Shown here: piece after piece, positions 48,162 through 58,860 of the stretch
Numbering within the stretch: position 1 is the first letter of the stretch
How the letters are laid out: each line of letters starts with the position of its first letter
Assembly: GCF_000009045.1 (NCBI RefSeq)
Contig: NC_000964.3
Span: 1,116,001-1,180,000, forward strand
Source: Bacillus subtilis subsp. subtilis str. 168
GTDB taxonomy: Bacteria > Bacillota > Bacilli > Bacillales > Bacillaceae
Length of the DNA: 64,000 nucleotides
Direction: 5' to 3'
The notes under the pieces: model-generated
What the model saw: the letters and a program-made list of their open reading frames with translations, nothing else
Told to the model about the DNA's origin: nothing
Database searches by the model: none
Program-made: the position numbers and the translations under genes

Positions 48162-48184
48162 GCCCGCTAATGAGCGGGTTTTTT
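48161..48184 (+). terminator. Terminator after iolQ
   Basis: GCCCGCT-AATG-AGCGGGT followed by a T-tract. Confidence 0.85.
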
Positions 48185-48257
48185 CATTATGACAGTTGAA
48201 GCCAAAAAAACATATTGCGTGTAAACCAAAGGCGGTGTAAAATATAACCATCTTTTG

Positions 48258-48330
48258 AGAAAGCGCTTGCGCAAAATGGCAGAGCGGATAGAACCGCTGT
48301 TTTTTTAGCTGTTAAGAGAAAACGCTTTCT
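48258..48330 (+). promoter_or_regulatory. Two LacI-type operators upstream of iolX (IolQ and/or CcpA sites)
   Basis: AGAAAGCGCTTGCG (48258-48271) and AGAAAACGCTTTCT (48317-48330), both with a central CG palindrome. Confidence 0.75.
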
Positions 48331-48369
48331 CAAAGCGAGCCCGAAATGAGATAAAGGAGAGGATGGGAC

Positions 48370-49398
48370 GTGGAACATCAAGTAAGATGTGCAGTATTGG
48401 GATTAGGAAGGCTCGGTTATTATCATGCGAAAAATCTCGTCACCAGTGTGCCGGGGGCAAAGCTGGTTTGTGTCGGTGATCCGTTAAAAGGGAGAGCGGA
48501 GCAGGTTGCCAGAGAACTCGGTATCGAAAAATGGTCAGAGGACCCGTATGAAGTGTTAGAAGATCCCGGCATTGATGCTGTCATTATCGTAACGCCGACA
48601 AGCACACATGGTGATATGATCATCAAAGCAGCCGAGAACGGCAAACAGATCTTTGTTGAAAAACCGCTGACATTAAGCCTTGAGGAATCAAAAGCAGCTT
48701 CTGAAAAAGTTAAGGAGACAGGTGTCATCTGCCAAGTCGGCTTTATGAGACGGTTCGATCCCGCATACGCAGATGCCAAACGGCGGATCGACGCTGGAGA
48801 AATCGGCAAACCTATCTATTATAAAGGCTTTACGCGCGACCAAGGCGCGCCTCCCGCAGAATTTATCAAACACAGCGGTGGAATTTTTATCGACTGTTCC
48901 ATCCATGACTATGATATTGCCCGTTATTTGCTAGGGGCGGAAATCACTTCTGTTTCAGGACACGGCAGGATTCTGAACAATCCGTTTATGGAGCAGTATG
49001 GCGATGTGGATCAGGCGCTGACGTATATTGAATTTGACTCGGGCGCAGCGGGGGACGTCGAGGCAAGCAGAACCTCTCCATACGGACATGACATCCGGGC
49101 GGAGGTGATCGGGACAGAGGGCAGTATTTTCATAGGGACATTGAGACATCAACATGTGACCATCCTATCGGCTAAAGGGAGCAGTTTTGATATCATTCCA
49201 GACTTTCAAACTCGTTTTCATGAAGCCTACTGCTTGGAGCTTCAGCATTTCGCCGAGTGTGTCCGGAATGGAAAAACACCGATTGTGACTGATATTGATG
49301 CGACGATCAATTTAGAAGTGGGTATCGCCGCAACCAATTCCTTTCGAAACGGCATGCCGGTACAGCTAGATGTGAAGCGCGCTTATACAGGTATGTAA
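48370..49398 (+). CDS. iolX: NAD+-dependent scyllo-inositol dehydrogenase IolX (yisS)
   Basis: GLGRLG, FVEKP, GFMRRFD, DCSIHDYD. GTG start after AAAGGAGAGG. Confidence 0.93.
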   Translation: MEHQVRCAVLGLGRLGYYHAKNLVTSVPGAKLVCVGDPLKGRAEQVARELGIEKWSEDPYEVLEDPGIDAVIIVTPTSTHGDMIIKAAENGKQIFVEKPLTLSLEESKAASEKVKETGVICQVGFMRRFDPAYADAKRRIDAGEIGKPIYYKGFTRDQGAPPAEFIKHSGGIFIDCSIHDYDIARYLLGAEITSVSGHGRILNNPFMEQYGDVDQALTYIEFDSGAAGDVEASRTSPYGHDIRAEVIGTEGSIFIGTLRHQHVTILSAKGSSFDIIPDFQTRFHEAYCLELQHFAECVRNGKTPIVTDIDATINLEVGIAATNSFRNGMPVQLDVKRAYTGM

Positions 49399-49430
49399 AA
49401 GCTAAGTATGTTGCATTTGAGGCTTTCCGC

Positions 49431-49464
49431 AAAAAAAGCAAGGGCATTTTAGCCCTTGCTTTCT
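49431..49464. terminator. Terminator between iolX and yisT
   Basis: AAGCAAGGGC-N6-GCCCTTGCTT. Confidence 0.85.
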
Positions 49465-49958
49465 CTTTTCTCATATAAATAGTACATATAATCAGTAGGT
49501 ACGCCTGAATGGTCCAGCTGTCTCAGCATGGCGGTTACGTTCCCTCTGTGGTAAGTGCCGTGATTGACGACATGCAGGATGGTGTCTGCATAGGTTGATT
49601 CCAGTGTACCTAGTTTCGGATGCTGCATTGTGAAGGTCTGTTCTAAGTCCGTCTGGCGGCTGAAGAAATCATGATACTGTGACTCCAGCTCGGCAGCGTG
49701 CTGTTTAATCGCTGCCATATTACCTTGCGCGGACTGTAATTTGCCTGCGCTGTCTATAATCTCTTGGTAGGCCACTCCCGAAAGAACATTCAGCCAAATG
49801 TAGTCAGCCCTGCACATATGAAGCAGCACGTCGCTGACAGAAGGAAATACGCTCTTTACTTCTTGATAGGCAGTTTCCTCCGGCAGGTTTTCGATATGGG
49901 TAAATATTTTCTTGTTTGCCCAAGAATGATAGTCATAAAACTGTTTTGCATCAGTCAT
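49449..49958 (-). CDS. yisT: DinB/YfiT-family protein (putative bacillithiol S-transferase)
   Basis: YHSWAN, H...[14 protein letters not shown]. Confidence 0.9.
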
Positions 49959-50007
49959 CAGCATGCCCCCTTTTCTAAGAAATTCGTTTTTTTCATCTGT
50001 TTCTCCT

Positions 50008-50619
50008 TCAATTGCAAAAGAGTGACACCCCAAAATATCCTGCCGCTGCCCACATTACCGCTGCAGAGCATTTGTTTACGATCAGCATAAGCCTGCCGCT
50101 CGTATCTATCGTCTGAAACAACCGGCCCGCTATTGCAAGGCTGATGAACCAAATCCAAGACACAGCGATGCAGGCGGCCATAAAGAGCCATTTCTCAAGC
50201 CCCGAATATTGAAGAGAGCTCGTGCCGATGACGCCGATCGTGTCCAGAATGGCATGCGGGTTTAAAAGAGAAACAGCGGCCGCAAACGCAGCTTGCTTTT
50301 TTGGTGTGAACGTATGTTTCTCATTTTGGCTTGTGTTCGGACGGATGTTCCAAGTCACCCAGCCCATATAAAGCAAAAATAAAAATCCGCCGGCCATCAT
50401 GACTGTCTCAAACACAGGCAGCTCCTGCACAATGACAGACACGCCCGCAACGGCTAATACAATTAACAAGGTATCGCAGACTGAAGCACTGATGACAGCT
50501 GGGAGAGCCCGCCAAATATGCTTTTGCAACGCGCCTTGCTGAAAAATAAACACATTCTGCACTCCCAGCGGCAAAATTAAGCCAAACGCGAGCACAATTC
50601 CGTGAATGATTGCATTCAT
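50008..50619 (-). CDS. yisU: LysE/ArgO-family amino-acid exporter
   Basis: [35 protein letters not shown]. Confidence 0.9.
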
Positions 50620-50678
50620 GCTGAAAAAGCTCCTTTCACATTTTTTTTCAATCATAAGAGAGATTGTCACTAAAGTCT

Positions 50679-50719
50679 CCAGCCATTTGGTTGGGTTAGG
50701 AACCAGCCAAATGTATAAT
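50679..50719. promoter_or_regulatory. MocR-type operator array and yisV promoter
   Basis: CCAGCCA (50679), TGGTTGG (50688), CCAGCCA (50703); TTGGGT-N17-TATAAT. Confidence 0.65.
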
Positions 50720-50736
50720 GTGTAAAAAAGGGGGGC

Positions 50737-52191
50737 ATGACCTTGTCGCAATGGCAGCCAAGCCGAAAGTCGGATGTTCCGCTGCATCGGCAGATCGAAC
50801 AATATATGAAAGACAAGATTCTTCACGGAGAGTGGGCTGTAGGGACGAAAATCCCCTCACAGAGAACGCTGGCCGACATGTTTCAAGTCAACCGCAGCAC
50901 AGTCACAGCAGCCATAGATGAACTCACGTCTCAAGGCTTGTTAGAGGGAAGAAAAGGCGGCGGTACGAAGGTTGTAAACAGTACTTGGAGCGTGCTGACG
51001 GCTGAGCCTCCGCTTGATTGGAGCGATTACGTCCGTTCGGGCATTCATCGCGCCAATTCTTCCATCATTCAAGCTATTAATCAGAACGAACCAAGAGCGG
51101 ATATCATCAGATTAGGAACTGGAGAACTTTCACCGGATCTTGTGCCTGCTGACACAATTGGACGGATGTTTCAGCAAATCAATCCGGGCGTCCTGTCTTT
51201 AGGATATGAGCAGCCGAAAGGAAACCGTCAGCTGCGGGAGGCAGTGGCCGACCATTTAAAAGGAAAGAAGATCCATGTGTCACCGTCTGCAATTTTAATT
51301 GTGTCCGGTGCACTTCAGGCACTTCAGCTCATCTCAATTGGACTTTTAAAACGAGATTCTGTCATTTTGACGGAGAAGCCGTCCTACCTTCAATCCTTGC
51401 ATGTATTTCAATCAGCTGGGATGCGGCTTCGCGGCTTGCCGATGGATGATGAAGGGGTCAAAGCGGGGCTTGTTTCTTCTAATCGAAAACAATATGGAGG
51501 ACAGCTGCTTTACACGATTCCGTCGTTTCATAATCCGACAGGCACAGTCATGTCAGAGCAGCGAAGGAAAGAGATCATCAGCCTGTCAAAAAAAGAGCAG
51601 ATGCCCATCATTGAGGATGATGCGTACGGTGATTTATGGTTTGAAGAAAAACCGCCGCAGCCGTTGAAAGCAATGGATCATGAGGGCAATATTCTGTATC
51701 TGGGCGCGTTTTCAAAAACGGTTAGCCCCGGTCTGCGAATCGGCTGGCTTGCCGGTCCGGAGCCGGTTATTGAAAGGCTGGCGGACATTAAAATGCAGAC
51801 AGACTACGGATCAAGCGGCCTGTCCCAGTGGGCGGCTGCCGAGTGGCTGTCACAGGGATATTATGAAGAGCATCTGACTTGGGTACGCAGGAAGCTTAAA
51901 GAAAGGAGAGACGCCGCCGTTCATTTTCTCGAGCGGTATGCCGGGGACATTGCCACGTGGCGGATTCCCGCAGGCGGCTTTTATATTTGGGTGACATTTC
52001 ACAAAAACCTGCCTGTCAGCCGTTTCTTTTATGAATTGCTGAAACGGCAGGTGCTTGTGAATCCCGGCTATATTTATGACGGTGAAGACCGAAACAGCAT
52101 CAGGCTGTCATATTCCTATGCATCTCTTGGAGATTTGGAAACTGGCATTAAAGCGGCAGCTGAAACAGCACGCCGCCTGATGATGTCCTAG
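50737..52191 (+). CDS. yisV: MocR/GabR-type PLP-dependent GntR regulator
   Basis: GntR HTH (IPSQRTLA...VNRSTV) plus aminotransferase domain (IIEDDAY, FSKTVSPGLRIGW). Confidence 0.93.
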   Translation: MTLSQWQPSRKSDVPLHRQIEQYMKDKILHGEWAVGTKIPSQRTLADMFQVNRSTVTAAIDELTSQGLLEGRKGGGTKVVNSTWSVLTAEPPLDWSDYVRSGIHRANSSIIQAINQNEPRADIIRLGTGELSPDLVPADTIGRMFQQINPGVLSLGYEQPKGNRQLREAVADHLKGKKIHVSPSAILIVSGALQALQLISIGLLKRDSVILTEKPSYLQSLHVFQSAGMRLRGLPMDDEGVKAGLVSSNRKQYGGQLLYTIPSFHNPTGTVMSEQRRKEIISLSKKEQMPIIEDDAYGDLWFEEKPPQPLKAMDHEGNILYLGAFSKTVSPGLRIGWLAGPEPVIERLADIKMQTDYGSSGLSQWAAAEWLSQGYYEEHLTWVRRKLKERRDAAVHFLERYAGDIATWRIPAGGFYIWVTFHKNLPVSRFFYELLKRQVLVNPGYIYDGEDRNSIRLSYSYASLGDLETGIKAAAETARRLMMS

Positions 52192-52198
52192 GCTTTGG

Positions 52199-52837
52199 TT
52201 ATACGATGACAGCTCCCAGTGCCCTGGCGAAGGCAATCGCGTGCTCAGGTGCGATTTTGCAGCCTTTCAATTTGTCGAGGGAGACATGAAGCTGTTCAAA
52301 ACGGCACGTGCTGATGTCCATGTTTTGAAGGGACGTGCCGGTAAAGCTGGCGCCTTCCAATTCGCATCCGTCAAAGTGTGTCTGCTGGAGCACCGTATCG
52401 CTGCATTCACTTTGCATAAGAGCACAGTGATCAAATCGAACTTGTTTCATATTTGAGTACGAAAATGAGCTGAAATGTCCGTGGCATTCCTCGAATGAAA
52501 CATTCCGCAGCGTTGCTTCCGCCACATTCATTCCAACCATTTTTGACTGCTTAACTGAAGTTCTGTGAATGACAGCCCCGCTGAAATCGGCGTTTGATAA
52601 ATCGCATTTTTCAAAGATCACATCGGTCAGTTCAATATGCCGAAAAGACACATCGATAAAGACGACATTTCTGAATACCGTTTTTTCAACACATAGTCTT
52701 TCGATATCTTCGCCGCAGATGGTGCAATCTTCAAACAAATGCATGCTGATTACATCATCCTGTGTCACGGCATCATGAAAATCTGCGGTTTGCAGGTTTT
52801 CCGGTATGTTCGGTTTTTGAATTGCGATTTTATTCAT
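52199..52837 (-). CDS. yisX: Pentapeptide-repeat protein (212 aa)
   Basis: Tandem [STAV][DN][LF]xx repeats (CDLSN ADFSG, ATLRN VSFEE, ASFTG TSLQN). Confidence 0.9.
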   Translation of the reverse strand: MNKIAIQKPNIPENLQTADFHDAVTQDDVISMHLFEDCTICGEDIERLCVEKTVFRNVVFIDVSFRHIELTDVIFEKCDLSNADFSGAVIHRTSVKQSKMVGMNVAEATLRNVSFEECHGHFSSFSYSNMKQVRFDHCALMQSECSDTVLQQTHFDGCELEGASFTGTSLQNMDISTCRFEQLHVSLDKLKGCKIAPEHAIAFARALGAVIV

Positions 52838-53042
52838 GTGATGACATCCTTTGCTGCCCGAAAAACAGAGGCTTCCGGGTTCAATTTAATAGATCGTTAA
52901 GGAAATTGATACATATAGTAAATCGTGAAGAGCCTTTTCTTGGTACAGCAGCCCGCTTGTTTTGTAAGCATAAATGGAAAGCTTCCTATACGTCAAGGCG
53001 TTTACAGGCCGAAAAAGCCAAAGGGAACAGGAGGAATGCGGA

Positions 53043-53849
53043 ATGGGGCATTACATCAAAACCGAGGAGCATGTGACACTGTTTGTAGAGGATATCGGAC
53101 ATGGAAGGCCGATCATCTTTTTGCACGGGTGGCCGTTGAATCATAAGATGTTTGAATATCAAATGAATGAGCTTCCGAAAAGGGGATTTCGTTTTATCGG
53201 CGTTGATTTGCGGGGATATGGGCAATCTGACCGCCCTTGGGAAGGCTACGATTATGACACGATGGCCGATGATGTGAAAGCAGTCATTTATACGCTGCAG
53301 CTTGAGAATGCGATTCTTGCCGGTTTTTCAATGGGCGGCGCAATTGCAATCCGTTATATGGCAAGGCATGAAGGAGCCGATGTTGATAAGCTGATTTTAC
53401 TGTCTGCGGCGGCCCCCGCGTTTACAAAACGCCCGGGTTATCCGTACGGGATGAGGAAGCAGGATATTGACGATATGATTGAATTGTTCAAAGCTGATCG
53501 GCCCAAAACACTGGCTGATTTAGGGAAACAGTTTTTTGAGAAAAAAGTGTCTCCAGAGCTTAGGCAGTGGTTTCTCAATCTGATGCTGGAGGCTTCCTCC
53601 TACGGGACGATCCACTCGGGCATCGCATTAAGAGACGAAGATCTCAGAAAGGAACTTGCTGCAATCAAGGTGCCGACGCTGATCCTGCACGGGAGAAAGG
53701 ATAGAATTGCGCCGTTTGATTTTGCGAAAGAATTGAAGCGCGGCATCAAACAGTCGGAATTGGTTCCGTTTGCAAACAGCGGGCACGGAGCATTTTATGA
53801 GGAAAAAGAGAAGATCAACAGTTTGATTGCGCAGTTCTCCAACTCATAA
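53043..53849 (+). CDS. yisY: Alpha/beta hydrolase, non-haem haloperoxidase-like
   Basis: HGWPL, DLRGYGQS, GFSMGG nucleophile elbow, HG..D, SGHG. Confidence 0.92.
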   Translation: MGHYIKTEEHVTLFVEDIGHGRPIIFLHGWPLNHKMFEYQMNELPKRGFRFIGVDLRGYGQSDRPWEGYDYDTMADDVKAVIYTLQLENAILAGFSMGGAIAIRYMARHEGADVDKLILLSAAAPAFTKRPGYPYGMRKQDIDDMIELFKADRPKTLADLGKQFFEKKVSPELRQWFLNLMLEASSYGTIHSGIALRDEDLRKELAAIKVPTLILHGRKDRIAPFDFAKELKRGIKQSELVPFANSGHGAFYEEKEKINSLIAQFSNS

Positions 53850-53850
53850 G

Positions 53851-53878
53851 AAAAAACCCGACATTGATCGGGTTTTTT
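53851..53878. terminator. Bidirectional terminator between yisY and yisZ
   Basis: AAAAAACCCGA-N6-TCGGGTTTTTT. Confidence 0.9.
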
Positions 53879-54476
53879 ATATAATTCCTCTGTTTTGCAG
53901 TGCGTTAATGATGAGATCAGCTCCATCGGAAATAGAGGTCTGGTCAGACTCAATGATGAAATCGGGTGAAAGCGGCGCTTCATACGGAGAATCGATCCCG
54001 GTGAAATGTTTGATCTCTCCGTTTCGCGCTTTTTTATAAAGCCCTTTTGGATCGCGCTGTTCACAAACATGCAGCGGGCACTTCACATAAATTTCGAAGA
54101 ACTCACCTTTAGGAAAGAGCGCTCTAACCATGTCCCGATCCTCTCTGAATGGAGAAATAAAAGCCGTTAAAATCATTTGCCCGCTGTCGACAAACAGCTT
54201 CGCCACTTCTCCGATCCGGCGGATGTTTTCAATCCTGTCACCAGTCTGAAATCCAAGATCTTTGTTTAAGCCGTGGCGGATATTATCACCGTCAAGCACG
54301 TAGCTCTGAATGCCCTTGCGGTAAAGCTTTTCATCGACAGCATTGGCCAGCACCGATTTTCCGGAGCCGGACAAACCTGTAAACCAAAGGACGCAGCTTT
54401 TGTGTCCGTTTAAGGACTGTCTGTCAGACTTTGAGATGGCAGCGGGATGCCAAATGATGTTCGGATTGTGTGTCAT
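53877..54476 (-). CDS. yisZ: Adenylyl-sulfate (APS) kinase, CysC paralogue
   Basis: [33 protein letters not shown]. Confidence 0.95.
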   Translation of the reverse strand: MTHNPNIIWHPAAISKSDRQSLNGHKSCVLWFTGLSGSGKSVLANAVDEKLYRKGIQSYVLDGDNIRHGLNKDLGFQTGDRIENIRRIGEVAKLFVDSGQMILTAFISPFREDRDMVRALFPKGEFFEIYVKCPLHVCEQRDPKGLYKKARNGEIKHFTGIDSPYEAPLSPDFIIESDQTSISDGADLIINALQNRGII

Positions 54477-55642
54477 TGCAATTCCCCGCTGTTTTGCTTG
54501 ATGGCAACAGGCTGTTGGTGAAGTCCCTTGATCAGCACGGCTGCGACCTCAGGCCGGCTGAATTCTTTAGGCGGCTTTTTGCCTTGGCGGAGAAGCTCTC
54601 TCACTTTTGTGCCTGATAAGTGGATGTGGTCTCTCGGGCTGTGCGGACATGTTTTGGAGGTGCCCATGTTTCCGCATTTTCGGCAATAAAAGCTGTGCTC
54701 AAAAAACAGCGGCTTGATGCCCAGCTCTTCCTCTGTGAATGATTGAAAAATATTTTGGGCGTCGTATGTTCCATAGTAGCTGCCGACACCCGCGTGATCA
54801 CGGCCTACAATAAAATGGGTACAGCCGTAATTTTTTCGGACGAGCGCATGGAAAATCGCTTCCCGCGGACCTGCATAACGCATGGCGGCAGGGAAAACCG
54901 ATAACATGACACGATCCTTTGGATAATAGTGATTAAGCAAAGCCTGGTAGCTCTCCATTCTGATATCGCTGGGGATATCGTCTGACTTTGTTTCTCCGAC
55001 AAGTGGGTGAAGCAGCAGACCGTCGACCGTTTCTAACGCTGTTTTTTGAATGTATTCATGCGCTCTGTGAACAGGGTTCCTGGTTTGAAAGCCGACAATC
55101 GTCTTCCAGCCGAGTTTTTGAAAGGCCGCTCTTGTTTCAGCGGGCGTTGCATAAAACTGTTCGAAAGATTTGTCAGGCAGGCTGCTGACCGTGATAGGCC
55201 CTCCGATATAGTAATCCGGGCGCGCCAGCAATTTTTTTACGCCTGGGTGGGCAGGATCGTTTGTTTTAAAAACAGACAGTGCTTCTTGTGTTTTATCAGG
55301 CTGGTATATATCGGTGACTGTGATCATGCCGTAGGTAACACCGTCTTTCACAAGCTTGACGTGATCTCCGGCAGACAGCTGTCTTGCTGTTTTTTCTCCG
55401 ACAGGCAGCGTAATCGGCAGGCTCCACGGCAAGCCGTTTGCCAGCCTCATCTCTTTCACAACGGAATGATAATCTTTTTCTCCCAAAAAACCTGTTAACG
55501 GGCTGTAGCCGCCGATCGCAATAAGCTCCAGATCACTCAGTGCAAGCTGATCCAGCTCTGCTTGGCACGCGCACCCTTCAAAATGGCATGCGGGATCACA
55601 GCGGTTGATTAATACCCCTCCGTGGGGTTCGTTTCCATTCAA
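54473..55642 (-). CDS. yitA: Sulfate adenylyltransferase, Sat paralogue
   Basis: [36 protein letters not shown] start 9 nt after GGAGG. Confidence 0.95.
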   Translation of the reverse strand: MNGNEPHGGVLINRCDPACHFEGCACQAELDQLALSDLELIAIGGYSPLTGFLGEKDYHSVVKEMRLANGLPWSLPITLPVGEKTARQLSAGDHVKLVKDGVTYGMITVTDIYQPDKTQEALSVFKTNDPAHPGVKKLLARPDYYIGGPITVSSLPDKSFEQFYATPAETRAAFQKLGWKTIVGFQTRNPVHRAHEYIQKTALETVDGLLLHPLVGETKSDDIPSDIRMESYQALLNHYYPKDRVMLSVFPAAMRYAGPREAIFHALVRKNYGCTHFIVGRDHAGVGSYYGTYDAQNIFQSFTEEELGIKPLFFEHSFYCRKCGNMGTSKTCPHSPRDHIHLSGTKVRELLRQGKKPPKEFSRPEVAAVLIKGLHQQPVAIKQNSGELQ

Positions 55643-55754
55643 CGTGTTCAACCTCCATTTATACGTTTCCTTGTTTTCTTTTCTGCACTTAATGAAAGTT
55701 TGACATCAGCGCCTTAACATCATTTCGATTCTCACATCAAGAACCTGCCATCCG

Positions 55755-56465
55755 CTATTCTTGATGCAGGCCGCATTCTGTTTTCTCCCGTCCGGCCCAT
55801 CTTCCAGCCCTCTCATCGTTCGGGTCCGGGGAAGGCAGTGTACACATTTCACAGCCTATGCTCGGATAATGTTGATCGTGCAGTTTGTTATAAGGCAAAT
55901 TGTGCAGGCGGATGTACGTCCAAACGTCATCCCATGTCCAGTGGATAAGCGGGCAAATTTTGATGAGCTCAAACTTCTGGTCCAGGTTTACGTATTGAAT
56001 ATGCTTTCTCGTTGGTGACTGATCCCGGCGCAGTCCTGAAATCCAAGCTGTCATGCCGGACAGGTGCTTTTTGAGCGGTTCGATTTTCCGCAATTGGCAG
56101 CAGAGGTTCGGGTTATGCTTCCACAGCTCTCCGCCGTACTTCGTCCCCTGTTCTGTTAAGCTCAGCTCGGGTTCGAGCATCTGGATTGCAAATCCCGGAT
56201 ATCGTTCTTTGACGGTCTCGATCAGCTCATATGTTTCCTGAAAATGAAGCCCGGTATCCAAAAAGATGATGTGTGCGTTTTTGTTGATTTTTGATATTAA
56301 GTCGAGAAGCACCATTCCTTCTGCGCCAAAGCTGCAGGCGTACACAATCTTTTCTCCGTACGTTCGGTAAGCCCATTTCAACACATCGAGCTCATCGATC
56401 AATTGATCCGTTATCTGTTTGGACAGCATGTCGTTCCAAGTGTCATATGTGATGGTTTCGTTCAA
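55755..56465 (-). CDS. yitB: APS/PAPS reductase, CysH paralogue with Fe-S ligands
   Basis: SFGAE, CCQLRK.EPL, SIGCEMCT, ECGLH. TTG start. Confidence 0.94.
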   Translation of the reverse strand: MNETITYDTWNDMLSKQITDQLIDELDVLKWAYRTYGEKIVYACSFGAEGMVLLDLISKINKNAHIIFLDTGLHFQETYELIETVKERYPGFAIQMLEPELSLTEQGTKYGGELWKHNPNLCCQLRKIEPLKKHLSGMTAWISGLRRDQSPTRKHIQYVNLDQKFELIKICPLIHWTWDDVWTYIRLHNLPYNKLHDQHYPSIGCEMCTLPSPDPNDERAGRWAGREKTECGLHQE

Positions 56466-56649
56466 TGTTTTCCCCCCGTTTGCATCTGCTTTTTTTATCT
56501 ATTGATCGAGTTATAGGCAGACTATTCATTTTTTGCATAAAGGTTCAGGTTTTAGGTGCCGCGCCCGCCTAAAATGAGGTGCGGAACCATTAAGAGCCCG
56601 GCTGAATATGCTTTTTAGCAAAATGGTTTTATGCCCAAGGAGAGGTAGT

Positions 56650-57336
56650 ATGCCGATTGCCATTTATCAGGGGCATCATCATTCGCTTGCCCCGGCGGAC
56701 ATTAACATCGTCATTGATGTCATCAGAGCCTTTACGGTCGCCCATTATGCGTTTATCGGCGGGGCGAAAGAGATTTTGTTGGTCCGGACAGCTGATGAAG
56801 CCTTTGCGCTGAAAGACACCTATCCGGATTATGTTTTGACGGGAGAGGAAAAGGGGGTCGGTATCAGCGGATTTGATTTAGATAATTCTCCAAAACGTAT
56901 GGCTGGGCAGAATATGACGGATAAAAGCCTGATCCAGAAAACAACAAACGGCGTCACAGCAGCATTGGGGGCGCTGAACGCAAAGCATCTGTTCGTAACT
57001 GGATTTTCCAATGCCAAAACAACGGCACAGCATGTGAAAAAGCTCGTCGCAAACGATTGTGTCATAAACATAGTGGCTTCCCATCCATCCGGTGATGACG
57101 ATATGGCATGTGCGGAGTATATCAAAGGCATCATTGAAGGGACAAATGTGGTAACGGCTGCGGAGGCGATTGAAAGAATAAAAGGCTCTTCTGTTGCGGA
57201 GAAGTTTTTTGACTGCCGCCAGCCATTGTTTGATTCGGAAGACATCGTTTACTGTACAAAAGAACTGACGGGCGATTTCGTGATGAAAGTGAAACAAGAT
57301 GGAGAAGTTCCAACGATAGAGAGGGTCATAATATGA
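56650..57336 (+). CDS. yitC: 2-phosphosulfolactate phosphatase (ComB-like)
   Basis: IDVIRAFT, GE..G....GFD..NSP, TTNG, DD.ACA. GGAGAGG RBS. Confidence 0.9.
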   Translation: MPIAIYQGHHHSLAPADINIVIDVIRAFTVAHYAFIGGAKEILLVRTADEAFALKDTYPDYVLTGEEKGVGISGFDLDNSPKRMAGQNMTDKSLIQKTTNGVTAALGALNAKHLFVTGFSNAKTTAQHVKKLVANDCVINIVASHPSGDDDMACAEYIKGIIEGTNVVTAAEAIERIKGSSVAEKFFDCRQPLFDSEDIVYCTKELTGDFVMKVKQDGEVPTIERVII

Positions 57337-58091
57337 ATGATTTTTCACTAGAATTGCCAGTGAGAACAAACAAGCCGAGAGAAACCGGGCAGTCCATTTT
57401 AATTGATAACGGCTATCCCTTGCAATTTTTCAAAGATGCGATAGCCGGAGCGTCCGACTATATTGATTTTGTGAAATTCGGCTGGGGCACATCATTACTT
57501 ACGAAAGATCTTGAAGAAAAAATCAGCACACTGAAAGAACATGACATTACATTTTTCTTTGGCGGCACACTGTTTGAAAAGTACGTAAGCCAGAAAAAAG
57601 TGAATGAATTTCATCGGTACTGCACCTATTTCGGCTGTGAATATATTGAGATTTCAAACGGTACGCTCCCGATGACAAATAAAGAGAAAGCGGCTTACAT
57701 TGCCGATTTTTCTGATGAATTTCTTGTGCTCAGTGAGGTGGGCAGCAAGGATGCGGAATTAGCAAGCCGGCAAAGCTCTGAGGAATGGCTTGAATATATC
57801 GTTGAGGATATGGAAGCGGGCGCGGAAAAAGTGATTACAGAAGCCAGAGAAAGCGGAACGGGAGGGATCTGTTCCAGCAGCGGCGATGTCAGGTTTCAAA
57901 TTGTTGACGACATCATTTCCTCGGATATTGATATCAACAGGCTGATTTTTGAAGCGCCTAACAAAACGCTTCAGCAAGGGTTTATTCAAAAAATCGGGCC
58001 GAATGTGAATCTTGCCAATATTCCATTTCATGATGCCATCGCGTTGGAAACGCTGCGTTTAGGGCTAAGATCCGATACCTTTTTTCTGTAA
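57333..58091 (+). CDS. yitD: Phosphosulfolactate synthase (ComA-like)
   Basis: KPRETG, DFVKFGWGTS, IEIS.G, SEVG.K, VITEARESG, FEAP, GP.VNLAN. Confidence 0.92.
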   Translation: MNDFSLELPVRTNKPRETGQSILIDNGYPLQFFKDAIAGASDYIDFVKFGWGTSLLTKDLEEKISTLKEHDITFFFGGTLFEKYVSQKKVNEFHRYCTYFGCEYIEISNGTLPMTNKEKAAYIADFSDEFLVLSEVGSKDAELASRQSSEEWLEYIVEDMEAGAEKVITEARESGTGGICSSSGDVRFQIVDDIISSDIDINRLIFEAPNKTLQQGFIQKIGPNVNLANIPFHDAIALETLRLGLRSDTFFL

Positions 58092-58135
58092 AATAGCGGC
58101 TGCGGGGCTCTCGTCGTGAAGAGAGCCTCTGCCTA

Positions 58136-58837
<702 letters not shown>

Positions 58838-58860
58838 TCAAAATAAAGAAATGGCCCAGC

